This document shows positions 9,155 through 17,741 of a stretch of DNA of 49,551 nt, one piece after another. This DNA is from Candidatus Poriferisocius aerobius (lineage in GTDB: Bacteria > Actinomycetota > Acidimicrobiia > Acidimicrobiales > Bin134). The position numbers and the translations under genes were made by a program. The number at the start of each line of letters is the position of its first letter. The stretch's first letter is position 1. Location of the stretch: positions 1 to 49,551 of the forward strand of contig JAPYOC010000101.1 of NCBI GenBank assembly GCA_028278955.1. Direction: 5' to 3'. The notes below the pieces were generated by a model, which was not told the origin of the DNA, ran no database searches, and was given only the letters and a program-made list of their open reading frames with translations.

Positions 9155-10534
9155 TTAGACATTTTTGATCTTTTGGAGTAATGCAGTGATTTGATTGAAC
9201 GTTTCGGGCTGAGTGTTCATTTGTTTCGTGATTTTCTGTACTGCGTGTATTGCGGTGGTGTGGTCACGGCCGCCAAAGATTCGAGCGATGTCAGGATAGC
9301 TGAGTTCTGTCAATTCTCTAAATATATACATTGAAATTTGACGAGCTTTTACTAGAGGGCGCTGCCGTCGCGGTCCGATAATATCTTCTATATCGAATCC
9401 AAAAAGATCGGAAGTAGCCTTCAAGATCACATCAGCAGTGACTGGTTGCGGTTCACGACGAGCTGTAATGTCTCGTAAAACGTATTGAGCTAATTCAAGG
9501 TCAAGATATTGATTATTGAAGCTAGAGTACGCAGTAACTCGAGTGAGCGCACCTTCAAGTTCGCGGATGTTGTCTTTGATATTACTGGCAATGAAGGTGC
9601 ATACTTCATCACTGATAGTAAAGCTAGATTGCTCAGCTTTTTTGTGAAGTATTGCTAGCCGTGTCTCAAGGTCTGGAGGTTGAATATCGGTCAAGAGTCC
9701 CATCTTGAATCTACTGGTCATACGATCTTCAAGTGTTGGGATTGCATCCGGAGGACGGTCACTGGTGATGACGATCTGTTTATTCACTTCGTGCAATGAG
9801 TTAAACGTGTGAAAAAACTCTTCTTGTAGACCTTCTTTCCCTTCAAGAAATTGAATATCATCAATAAGAAGAACATCAACTTCTCGATAGATTTTTTTAA
9901 AACTACTCAGATTATTTGTACGAATAGCATTAACAAATTGATTCAGAAAAGCTTCTGTCGATACATAGACAATTCTATTTATTGAATGTCTATGATTGTT
10001 GATATAATGATTATTTACATAGTGACCAATGGCTTGAAGCAGATGGGTTTTTCCCAGACCAGCATGACCGTGAATGAATAGTGGATTGTAGGATTGGCCA
10101 GGAGTTTCTGCTACAGAGAGGGCAGCAGCTAGGGCAAAGCGATTAGAGGGACCAGTGACAAATTTATCGAAGATGTAGTTGGGGTGGAGCGTACTGTTTA
10201 TTTTACTTGTGGAGTCAGAGTTATCTTTTTGAGAAACTATCTCTAATTGAGACAAATTGGGAGTATGAGAAGCACCATGGTCAGTATTTTGTTCTGCTGA
10301 TATCTTGAGTGTTACGTGATTAGCGTTTGAATTGGCCAGAGCATCCCGCAACAATGCAAAATATTCTCCTTCTAGACGGTCTTTGATAATTGTGCTGGGA
10401 ACTGTTAGTTCTAAAACGTTTTGTTCTAGAGAGGTTGCCTTGGCCGGGTTGAAAGTCGATTGCCAGACAGCATCGGGGACTTGAGTTCGGATGCTAGTGG
10501 CGCATGAAGACCAGAGAACTGTTGCTGACACCAT
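9155..10534 (-). CDS. dnaA: Chromosomal replication initiator DnaA
   Basis: FVTGPSNRFA, YNPLFIHGHAGLGKTHL, LLIDDIQFL, NIRELEGAL, GGRDHTT. Start placed at ATG 10534 because the TTG at 10576 lies among DnaA boxes. Confidence 0.99.
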   Translation of the reverse strand: MVSATVLWSSCATSIRTQVPDAVWQSTFNPAKATSLEQNVLELTVPSTIIKDRLEGEYFALLRDALANSNANHVTLKISAEQNTDHGASHTPNLSQLEIVSQKDNSDSTSKINSTLHPNYIFDKFVTGPSNRFALAAALSVAETPGQSYNPLFIHGHAGLGKTHLLQAIGHYVNNHYINNHRHSINRIVYVSTEAFLNQFVNAIRTNNLSSFKKIYREVDVLLIDDIQFLEGKEGLQEEFFHTFNSLHEVNKQIVITSDRPPDAIPTLEDRMTSRFKMGLLTDIQPPDLETRLAILHKKAEQSSFTISDEVCTFIASNIKDNIRELEGALTRVTAYSSFNNQYLDLELAQYVLRDITARREPQPVTADVILKATSDLFGFDIEDIIGPRRQRPLVKARQISMYIFRELTELSYPDIARIFGGRDHTTAIHAVQKITKQMNTQPETFNQITALLQKIKNV

Positions 10535-10566
10535 TTTGGCGTTAACTCCAAGATTTTCAAGGCTTG

Positions 10567-10597
10567 TCGTCCACAAATGTTCATAACCTGTGGATAA
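10567..10597. promoter_or_regulatory. DnaA-box cluster upstream of dnaA
   Basis: Perfect TGTGGATAA at 10589-10597; near-matches TCGTCCACA at 10567-10575 and TGTTCATAA at 10578-10586. Confidence 0.8.
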
Positions 10598-10787
10598 CTA
10601 GCGAACTTTTTCTTGCCCAACCGAGTTGACACCGGTCTCGACTGCGGCTCTGAACTCTAGCAGCCCCTTGCTGGCGGTGCATGGGCAACTGCAAGGTTTT
10701 CGCAGGTCAGAGGCTTGTGAGGAAGATGTTGCCAATGTCATACAAGTGGCAGCTGTGATGTGAAAAGCGGGGCTTTCTCTGAATTGG

Positions 10788-10817
10788 TTGCCGTAATGGC
10801 TGGTGAGGCCGTAGCGT
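10788..10817 (+). promoter_or_regulatory. Candidate housekeeping-sigma promoter for the rpmH operon
   Basis: TTGCCG-18 nt-TAGCGT, about 75 bp upstream of rpmH. Confidence 0.35.
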
Positions 10818-10891
10818 AATGGGGATGCCGGGATATGGGAGGCGCCAACAGGACGGTCCCAGTGGATGGCACCCTGGCTTTGGAGGAACTT

Positions 10892-11026
10892 GTGAAACGC
10901 ACCTATCAGCCGAATGTGCAGCGCCGGGCTCGGCGGCACGGATTTCGGCATCGGATGGCGACAAGAAGCGGACGGGCTATCCTAAGCGCTCGCCGGCGCC
11001 GCGGCCGTAAGAAGCTGGCGGCCTGA
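10892..11026 (+). CDS. rpmH: 50S ribosomal protein L34
   Basis: [44 protein letters not shown]; GGAGG RBS at 10882-10886 before GTG 10892. Confidence 0.98.
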   Translation: MKRTYQPNVQRRARRHGFRHRMATRSGRAILSARRRRGRKKLAA

Positions 11027-11367
11027 TCGAGCGGCTTCGAGGACGCTCTGCGTTCGCTCGGCTGCATGTCGAAGGTGTTCGCGTCAATGGTGGGTCGCTC
11101 TGGGTTCGGTACGCGCCGGAAGCCTTTTGTGGGGTGGCCAGGGTTGGCTATGCCATTCCCCGGCATGTGGGCTCGGCCGTGATCCGGAACAGGATCCGCC
11201 GGCGTTTGCGCGCCGCTATGAGAAGCATCGATCAGGAATCTCCCAGCGGGCTTCCCGCTGGCTTGTACATGATCGGCGTTCGCCGGAGTCGTGGAAGCTT
11301 TGCCTATGTTGAGCTGCGGATTTCGCTGGTAGCCTGCCTGTCGAAACTAGATCGGTCGGTGTCGTGA
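11023..11367 (+). CDS. rnpA: Ribonuclease P protein component (probable CTG start)
   Basis: [24 protein letters not shown] (RNR motif). The frame extends upstream as [14 protein letters not shown] to a CTG overlapping the rpmH stop, giving 114 aa. Confidence 0.88.
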   Translation: MIERLRGRSAFARLHVEGVRVNGGSLWVRYAPEAFCGVARVGYAIPRHVGSAVIRNRIRRRLRAAMRSIDQESPSGLPAGLYMIGVRRSRGSFAYVELRISLVACLSKLDRSVS

Positions 11368-11699
11368 CCACCGCGGAGTGCTCCGATAGGGCAGCGCAGT
11401 TGAGCTTGCCGGCTCGGGCTGTGAGGTTTTTGATCCTGGCGTATCAGTACCTGACCGCTCATCGACCCAGCCCCTGTCGATATGTGCCGAGCTGCTCGTA
11501 TTTCGCGCTGGAGGCGGTAGAGGTGCATGGCGCAGCGAGGGGGGCATGGTTGAGCCTGCGACGCTTGCTGCGGTGTCGTCCGGGGGCGCCGTCAGGCTGG
11601 GACCCCGTACCGGACTCGAGCGGCCGGCGAGCGCCCGACCCCACGCTTTGCCCGCGGGGCTCGGCAGAGCTCCCCGAGGCGCCTCGGGAGGCCAGGTGA
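11364..11699 (+). CDS. yidD: Membrane protein insertion efficiency factor YidD
   Basis: YQ...CRYVPSCSYFALEAVEVHGAARG...RLLRCRP...GWDPVP. Confidence 0.95.
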   Translation: MTTAECSDRAAQLSLPARAVRFLILAYQYLTAHRPSPCRYVPSCSYFALEAVEVHGAARGAWLSLRRLLRCRPGAPSGWDPVPDSSGRRAPDPTLCPRGSAELPEAPREAR

Positions 11700-11705
11700 T
11701 GCGAA

Positions 11706-12899
11706 GTGTTTGATGCTTTGTTCGACGGGCTCGCCTGGTTGTTGGCGATCTACTACACGGTGGGCCACAGCTATGGCATCGCCATCATGCTGTTCACGCT
11801 CACAGTGATGCTCATATTGACTCCGCTCACCTTCTACACCACGCGTTCCATGCTGCGGATGCAAACCCTGCAACCCGAGCTCAAGAAGATTCAGACGCGC
11901 CACCAGGGCGACCGCCAGCGGATGAGCGAAGAGACGATGCGCCTGTATCAGGCCAACAATGTCAATCCTTTAGGGAGTTGTCTCCCCATACTTGCCCAGC
12001 TTCCCGTATTTTTTGTACTATTTCGCCTCATTAGAGGTCTTACAAGACGAGTCAGCGATTTAGGGACACACGCGGGTTGGAGTGTGGTGCCCCGCAATAG
12101 GGGGGTTGTCTCTTCGCCTGATTTTTCCGAGAGGACGTTTAATCCCGAGTACCTGGCTCCAGACTCTGAATTGCGCGTCGCTCTGGAAAGTTCGACGGAA
12201 ATGAACTTCTTGGGCATGGACCTGTCGGCCAGTCTGACGGATGCCTTCCGAGATTCGTTTTCCACCGCGCTTCCTTTCTTGCTCCTCATCGTATTGATCG
12301 GGCTGACGAGCTATGTTCAGCAGCGCCAGATTGCCGGTCGTCGTGACCCAGATACGCCGATCAACCCACAACAGCAGATGATCATGAAGTTCATGCCTTG
12401 GTTCTTGCCGGTCATCTCAGTCGGTTTTCCTGCTGGTCTGAACCTGTATTTTGTGAGTTCGAATATCGTGAGGGTCGGACAGCAGGCCGTGATAACCCGC
12501 CGCGTCTACCGGCCTCACCAGGAACGTCAAGCCCTTGTCGAAAGCAAGGCCGATACTGAGGAGGATGAGGAGAAAGAGCCCCTCCGTCCAAGCGAGACTG
12601 CTGCTCGAGCTCGCCTGCCCGTCGCTGACCATGGTCGCCGCCGGCCCACGTCGCGGACACCGCCAAGACGGCGCCCCGACAGCCGCAGAACCACGAGAGC
12701 CTCGTCGGGCTCTCCAGTCTCGCCCCAAAAAACCAAAGAAGTCGAGACCAGGGATGCAAAAGCTCCCGCAGCTAAGACCGGCGGCACAAAATCGTCAAAA
12801 GCTACACCGGCACCGCGCCAGGCGAGCCGAACCACCCAAAAGGGTCATCAGTCGCACCCCACGGATCGGCGGCGTAGACGGAAGAAGAGGAGAAGGTAG
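11706..12899 (+). CDS. yidC: Membrane protein insertase YidC with a long basic C-terminal tail
   Basis: YGIAIMLFT, MQTLQPELKKIQ, NPLGSCLPILAQLPVF, FPAGLNLYF; conserved synteny. Confidence 0.96.
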   Translation: MFDALFDGLAWLLAIYYTVGHSYGIAIMLFTLTVMLILTPLTFYTTRSMLRMQTLQPELKKIQTRHQGDRQRMSEETMRLYQANNVNPLGSCLPILAQLPVFFVLFRLIRGLTRRVSDLGTHAGWSVVPRNRGVVSSPDFSERTFNPEYLAPDSELRVALESSTEMNFLGMDLSASLTDAFRDSFSTALPFLLLIVLIGLTSYVQQRQIAGRRDPDTPINPQQQMIMKFMPWFLPVISVGFPAGLNLYFVSSNIVRVGQQAVITRRVYRPHQERQALVESKADTEEDEEKEPLRPSETAARARLPVADHGRRRPTSRTPPRRRPDSRRTTRASSGSPVSPQKTKEVETRDAKAPAAKTGGTKSSKATPAPRQASRTTQKGHQSHPTDRRRRRKKRRR

Positions 12900-12901
12900 C
12901 C

Positions 12902-13831
12902 ATGGAGTGGCTAGAGGCTACTGGCAAGACAATCGCTCAAGCCGAGGAGGCGGCTCTCGATCAGCTCGGCGTTGACCGGAGCGAAGCCGAGTTTTCTGTT
13001 GTCGACGAGCCGAAGTCTGCTCTTTTGGGATTGCGGAGAACAGAGGCTCGAATCAGAGCGCGAGTTCGCCCGTCGCTCCCCCGTGAGCGAAAAAGCCGCA
13101 GTGGCCGCCCTGCCAGCAGCAGGGCTCGCACCCGAAATCGTCGGTCTGAGGGGGGAGGCTCAAGGGAGAATAAGAATACTGGTGGCCAAGGCGGCCAAAG
13201 CAGGAATCGGAGTAGCAAGCCTCAAGGTGGGGCGAGGCGATCTCCCGAGAAAGCGAAGAATTCACAGAATGGCAGCCGCAACGACAACCGGACCGGCAAA
13301 GATCGTCCATCAAAGACCCCGAGAGGGGACAAAACAAGGGAGAGCAAACCCATGGAAGACCCGATGAGCTTGGAAGAGCAAAGCAACTTGGTGGTTGAGT
13401 TTCTGGACGGACTGCTAGAGGCATTCGAATTGGACGCTGAGGTGTATACGGAACGCGTCGACGACGAGACCCTGGAAATGCGGGTGGAGAATGTGCAAGG
13501 TGTCGGCTTGCTCATCGGGCCTAAAGGCAGCACCTTGAGAGCAGTCGAGGACTTGTCCCGAATGCTGGTGCAGCGCAATTCCGACGGCAACTGCGAAGGA
13601 CGTATCCGGGTGGACATCGGCGGTTACCGCGAGCGCCGCCGGGCCGCTCTCGAAGTCTTCTGCGAGAAGATCGCCTTGGAAGTCAGAGAGAGCGGTAAAG
13701 AACAGCCGCTGGAGCCGATGAGCGCCGCCGATCGCAAGGTCGTCCATGACTTCGTCTCGGGGATCGAGGGCGTCAACACCGTTTCGGAAGGCCAGGAGCC
13801 TCGGCGCTGGGTGGTGATCACTCCCGATTGA
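12902..13831 (+). CDS. jag: RNA-binding protein Jag/KhpB/EloR
   Basis: Jag_N domain (EATGKTIAQA), KH domain (LLIGPKGSTL), R3H domain (PMSAADRKVVHD ... SEGQEPRR). Confidence 0.95.
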   Translation: MEWLEATGKTIAQAEEAALDQLGVDRSEAEFSVVDEPKSALLGLRRTEARIRARVRPSLPRERKSRSGRPASSRARTRNRRSEGGGSRENKNTGGQGGQSRNRSSKPQGGARRSPEKAKNSQNGSRNDNRTGKDRPSKTPRGDKTRESKPMEDPMSLEEQSNLVVEFLDGLLEAFELDAEVYTERVDDETLEMRVENVQGVGLLIGPKGSTLRAVEDLSRMLVQRNSDGNCEGRIRVDIGGYRERRRAALEVFCEKIALEVRESGKEQPLEPMSAADRKVVHDFVSGIEGVNTVSEGQEPRRWVVITPD

Positions 13832-13855
13832 TCCGAATGTTTGGGGGCTTTACCG

Positions 13856-14500
13856 ATGGGCAAGACGAGTTCGTGGCCTCATAGTCCGGCACCGCAACAC
13901 GCCCAGCTCCCCCAGAACTCTCTGAGCCGCCGCTTCGGCCATGCTGAACGGTCGGTGCTGAGGGAAGTGCTCGGGCAGGCTCAAGAGCGGGGATGGATCG
14001 GTCCGCAGGCGATTGATCGACAGGTTGATCACTCACTCGGATTTGCCGGTGCTGCTGCGGCCGAGCCCACCGTTGCCGTGGATCTGGGGAGCGGCGGTGG
14101 TCTGCCCGCGCTGGTTCTTGTCGCGATCTGGCCGAAAACCCGGTGGGTGCTGGTGGAGTCTTCGCTGCCTCGGGCGGCATTCCTGGAGTTGCATTGCGCT
14201 CGTCTGGGCTGGTCAGAGCGCGTCGACGTCGTCCACCTCTCTGCTGAGCGGCTCGCTGAACGCGGGCGATATCGAGAAGCGGCCAATCTAGTAACCGCCC
14301 GCAGCTTCGGTCCTTGGGCTTCGGTTGTCAAAGCTGCTGCTCCCCTGCTCTGCCCCGGCGGAGAGCTCATTGTCAGCGCAGCCCCCGATGCAGCGCCGTG
14401 GCCAGCTGATTTCCTCTCAGTCCACGGCTTTTCCTCCGATCGCCTCACCCAGTCACCGCCTCGTTTCCACCGCGCCACACAACGAGGTTCCATCCTCTGA
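13856..14500 (+). CDS. rsmG: 16S rRNA m7G methyltransferase RsmG/GidB
   Basis: GWIGP, HSL, VDLGSGGGLP motif I, VTARSFG; lies between jag and parA. Start uncertain (13841 or 13856). Confidence 0.88.
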   Translation: MGKTSSWPHSPAPQHAQLPQNSLSRRFGHAERSVLREVLGQAQERGWIGPQAIDRQVDHSLGFAGAAAAEPTVAVDLGSGGGLPALVLVAIWPKTRWVLVESSLPRAAFLELHCARLGWSERVDVVHLSAERLAERGRYREAANLVTARSFGPWASVVKAAAPLLCPGGELIVSAAPDAAPWPADFLSVHGFSSDRLTQSPPRFHRATQRGSIL

Positions 14501-14523
14501 TTCACCGGTTTTGGCCGCTGCGT

Positions 14524-14539
14524 TGTTTCACGTGGAACA
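14524..14539. promoter_or_regulatory. parS: parS site (one mismatch)
   Basis: TGTTTCACGTGGAACA. Confidence 0.92.
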
Positions 14540-14595
14540 TCAAAGGCGGGAGCGTGCTGCTGACCATTGCGTTCGAGCCGGTCCCGGTGCCGCGT

Positions 14596-14611
14596 TGTTT
14601 CACGTGAAACA
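14596..14611. promoter_or_regulatory. parS: parS site (perfect palindrome)
   Basis: TGTTTCACGTGAAACA, 72 bp from the first site and just upstream of parA. Confidence 0.96.
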
Positions 14612-14659
14612 TTGAGAGGGTGCTTGATACCGAGTTGGGAGTGGGGGAGAATAATCCCA

Positions 14660-15466
14660 GTGTCTCTTCATCAAGCCACGAAATCTGGGCCGTGCCGACT
14701 GATCGCGGTTGCCAATCAAAAGGGTGGTGTCGGCAAGACTACAACCACGGTCAACCTGTCGGCCTGCCTCGCCGAGATCGGTCGGCGCGTGTTGGTAGTC
14801 GATTTGGACCCGCAGGCCAATGCCACCACCGGACTGGGCATCGATCCGTTTGCGGGAGGTGTTTCCACCTACGATGTCTTGTTGCAAAACGGGACTATCC
14901 CAGAGGGCATCGTTCCAACCCAGATCGAGAACCTCTGGGTTGTGCCCTCCACCCTGGACCTCGCCGGCGCCGAGATAGAGCTCGTGCCAGCCTTCAACCG
15001 CGAGCGGAGACTCGAAGTCGCGCTTGCCGCGGTGTACAGCGAATTCGACTATGTCTTCGTGGACTGCCCTCCATCGCTTGGTCTGCTCACCGTCAACGCG
15101 TTGGCCGCCGCCCGTGAGGTAATGGTCCCGATCCAGTGTGAGTACTACGCGTTGGAAGGCCTCGGGCAGCTCATGAGAAACATCGAGTTGGTCCGCAACA
15201 GCCTCAACAACGATCTGGACATCTCTCTCATTGTGCTCGTCATGTATGACAGCCGAACCAAGCTCTCTGCCCAGGTAGCCTCAGAGATCCGCAGCTATTT
15301 CGGGGACAAGGTCTGTCGGCAGATGATCCCCCGGAACATTCGCTTGGCCGAGGCGCCGTCTCATGGCGCTCCGGTGATCGTTACCCATCCCCGGTCACGC
15401 GGTGCGCTGGCCTACCGTGAATTGGCCAAGGAGGTTGCCGATGGTGCGCTCGCCCGGGTTGGGTAG
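14660..15466 (+). CDS. parA: Chromosome partitioning ATPase ParA/Soj
   Basis: ANQKGGVGKTT, DLDPQANAT, DCPPSLG, PIQCEYYALEG, IPRNIRLAEAPSHG. Start moved to GTG 14660, downstream of parS. Confidence 0.97.
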   Translation: MSLHQATKSGPCRLIAVANQKGGVGKTTTTVNLSACLAEIGRRVLVVDLDPQANATTGLGIDPFAGGVSTYDVLLQNGTIPEGIVPTQIENLWVVPSTLDLAGAEIELVPAFNRERRLEVALAAVYSEFDYVFVDCPPSLGLLTVNALAAAREVMVPIQCEYYALEGLGQLMRNIELVRNSLNNDLDISLIVLVMYDSRTKLSAQVASEIRSYFGDKVCRQMIPRNIRLAEAPSHGAPVIVTHPRSRGALAYRELAKEVADGALARVG

Positions 15467-16319
15467 AGGACTCAGCGCCCTCATCTCTGACCCCGCATCC
15501 CCTTCCGACGGCATTGGTTCGTTGTCGTATGTGGAACTCCCGCTCGATGCCATCTCAGTGAATCCTTATCAGCCGCGTGAGAGGTTCGATCAGGCATCTT
15601 TGAACGTGTTGACCGAGTCCGTTCGGGAGGTTGGCGTGCTTCAACCGGTACTGGTCCGCCTCAGCGCTGAGGGGAAGTATGAGCTGATCGCTGGCGAGCG
15701 CCGCTGCCGGGCCGCCCGGCTCGCCGGGCTTGACCGAATTCCCGCGATAGTCCGCACTGCGGAAGACGTCGAGGCTCTAGAGCAGGCCCTGCTGGAGAAC
15801 CTGCACCGCGATGACCTGAACGCGATCGAAGAAGCGGCCGCATGTCAGCAGTTGATCGAAGAATTCGGGTTTACCCAGGAGACCGTGGCCAAGCGATTGG
15901 GTCGAAGCCGATCGGCGGTAGCCAATTCAGTGCGCCTGCTGCATCTCCCCCAGGAGGTCAAGGCGCTGGTGGTGGCTGGTGCCTTGTCGGCCGGCCACGC
16001 CCGCGCGCTGCTCGGTGTGGCCAACGAGAAGCACTTGGTCAAGTTGGCGAAGAAGGCGGTGTCCGATGACTTGACGGTCAGAATGGTGGAAGAAGCAGTA
16101 CGGAAAATCGCCTCGGCAGCCAACGGGCCCAAACCACCGATCGAGCAACCAAGCGGCGCCGAGAGGGGAGCGGCGGTGTTGGAGTTGGAGAGTTTGTTGA
16201 GCGATCACCTCGATACCAAGGTGGATGTGACGCTGGGCAAGGGCCAAGGAAAACTGGTGATTCAGTTTGCTGATCTAGATGACTTGGAGCGCATCTATCG
16301 GGTGATGCTTCAGAACTGA
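15441..16319 (+). CDS. parB: Chromosome partitioning protein ParB/Spo0J
   Basis: GLGRGLSALI, NPYQPR, LIAGERRCRA, ENLHRDDLN, HTH (RSRSAVANSVRLL); AAGGAGG RBS before ATG 15441. Confidence 0.97.
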   Translation: MVRSPGLGRGLSALISDPASPSDGIGSLSYVELPLDAISVNPYQPRERFDQASLNVLTESVREVGVLQPVLVRLSAEGKYELIAGERRCRAARLAGLDRIPAIVRTAEDVEALEQALLENLHRDDLNAIEEAAACQQLIEEFGFTQETVAKRLGRSRSAVANSVRLLHLPQEVKALVVAGALSAGHARALLGVANEKHLVKLAKKAVSDDLTVRMVEEAVRKIASAANGPKPPIEQPSGAERGAAVLELESLLSDHLDTKVDVTLGKGQGKLVIQFADLDDLERIYRVMLQN

Positions 16320-17318
16320 TCAAGCGGGTCGGGTTGCCCAGAAGGCGAGGCTGCTTTCAATGGAGCGGGCGAGGGGGTGCAGGCGGGCTTGGACCAGACC
16401 GGTCGGGCCGAGCAGACACTCAACCGCGGTCATGCGGGTATGGCGCAGGACGGGCAGGCGCATGCCCTGCATGTCGGCGTTGTCGATGCCCAGCGCAGCC
16501 GGAAGGCGTTGGCCCAAAATGCTGGCCAGACGCTGTCCGCCAGGGGACACGAATCCCTCGGTGGCAAAATAAGCCACCCGGCAGGCCACCCCGTCGGATG
16601 AGAGCAATCCTAGAAAGACGTCGACTCCTAGGCGGTTGGCCTCGCTGGCCTGTTCGGATTCGGGCCAGTCGCACGCTTCAGTGACAGTCGCTCCGGAGCG
16701 GCGCAACCCGGTTGCCAATTCCCCGGCTACGGCGGCCATGGTCTTGGCGGACGCGATCATGATGTGTCGTTCGGTCAGCTGCCGAGGAGTTTGCTGGAGT
16801 TTGGCTCGCTCTCGAACCGCCGCCGCGGTGGCCGGGGTGACCCGGGCGGACATCCGCATCAGGGTGCCGGTGGTGGTTTCTCCGCAAATGCCATCGGAAC
16901 TCAGCCCGCTGTTGAGTTGGAATTCTCGTACGGCTTCAGCGGTGTCGGGACCGAAAATGCCGTCTACCCGACCGGCATCGAACCCCAAAGATCCGAGTCG
17001 CAACTGCAACTCGGCGACATCGTCGCCCTGGAGCATGGGCTGGTTCAAATAGAGATGCCGTTTGCCGAGCGACCAGTTGGCTTCTTGCAAGGCGGTCCAG
17101 GTATGTGGCCCGCATATCCCGTCTACACTGAGGCCCCGGCTAGCTTGAAAGTCGGCGACTGCGGCGGCTGTTGCGGCATCGAAGCACCCGTGGGCCGACA
17201 GCGTCGGCGCAAAGCCTGCCGTTGTTAGTTGTTGCTGCAAGAAGGCGACTTTGTCGTTCTCGTCGCCTCGCTTCAGGACAGAGGGGTAATTGTCGGACAA
17301 GTCCTGCTCTCCTGCCAC
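16320..17318 (-). CDS. CwlM-like protein (two peptidoglycan-binding domains plus a degenerate amidase_3 domain)
   Basis: Two PG_binding_1 repeats (FQASRGLSVDGICG; FQLNSGLSSDGICG); C-terminal amidase-like fold (LPVLRHTRMTAVE); trxA-cwlM-parB synteny. Confidence 0.82.
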   Translation of the reverse strand: MAGEQDLSDNYPSVLKRGDENDKVAFLQQQLTTAGFAPTLSAHGCFDAATAAAVADFQASRGLSVDGICGPHTWTALQEANWSLGKRHLYLNQPMLQGDDVAELQLRLGSLGFDAGRVDGIFGPDTAEAVREFQLNSGLSSDGICGETTTGTLMRMSARVTPATAAAVRERAKLQQTPRQLTERHIMIASAKTMAAVAGELATGLRRSGATVTEACDWPESEQASEANRLGVDVFLGLLSSDGVACRVAYFATEGFVSPGGQRLASILGQRLPAALGIDNADMQGMRLPVLRHTRMTAVECLLGPTGLVQARLHPLARSIESSLAFWATRPA

Positions 17319-17349
17319 TCCCCCGCAGAGTTTGGGTGTCGGTGGGTGG

Positions 17350-17679
17350 CTAAAGGGTGACTTCGCCGATCTCTTGAAGCAGCTGCTGCTTGCCCTTGGC
17401 CCCCACGATTCGCTTGGCCGGTTCTCCGTCTTTGAACACTATGATCGTGGGTATGCTCATCACCTGGTAGCGCAATGCCACGTCTTGGGCCTCGTCCACG
17501 TTGAGTTTGGCCACACTGATCACACCGGTTTTTTCAGCGGCGATCTCGTCGAGGATGGGAGCGATCATCTTGCATGGGCCGCACCACTCAGCCCAAAAAT
17601 CAACGACAACCGGCAGTTCAGCGCTGCCGATCGCCTCATCAAAGGTCTCATTGGTGAGCGTAGTGATGCTCTCGGACAT
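17350..17679 (-). CDS. trxA: Thioredoxin
   Basis: VDFWAEWCGPCKMIAP; ATG 17679 gives 109 aa. Confidence 0.98.
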   Translation of the reverse strand: MSESITTLTNETFDEAIGSAELPVVVDFWAEWCGPCKMIAPILDEIAAEKTGVISVAKLNVDEAQDVALRYQVMSIPTIIVFKDGEPAKRIVGAKGKQQLLQEIGEVTL

Positions 17680-17741
17680 CTTGGGTGGTCCCTTCGTTTG
17701 CAGCGGTCGGCCATAAGCCAGCCTATCAGCGGCTCTCTGGC

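Noticed and set aside
8920-9162. 80-aa ORF between dnaA and dnaN
   Set aside because: It overlies the DnaA boxes and unwinding element, has no recognisable motif, and is best explained as a chance ORF in oriC.
11697-11706. yidD TGA is in frame with yidC, suggesting selenocysteine read-through
   Set aside because: Both proteins are complete on their own, the TGA is not at a conserved Cys position, and I saw no SECIS-like hairpin after it.
12500-13350. Low-complexity Arg/Lys/Ser-rich tail of YidC and linker of Jag
   Set aside because: Such disordered regions are common in actinobacterial YidC and Jag; no nucleotide repeat structure was seen.
13829-13841. jag TGA is in frame with the rsmG ORF
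   Set aside because: Jag ends at its normal R3H C-terminus; an in-frame neighbour is expected by chance one time in three; no SECIS evidence.
16320-16790. Missing zinc ligands in the amidase domain suggesting a pseudogene
   Set aside because: The frame is intact, and mycobacterial CwlM is known to have a degenerate amidase domain with a regulatory role.
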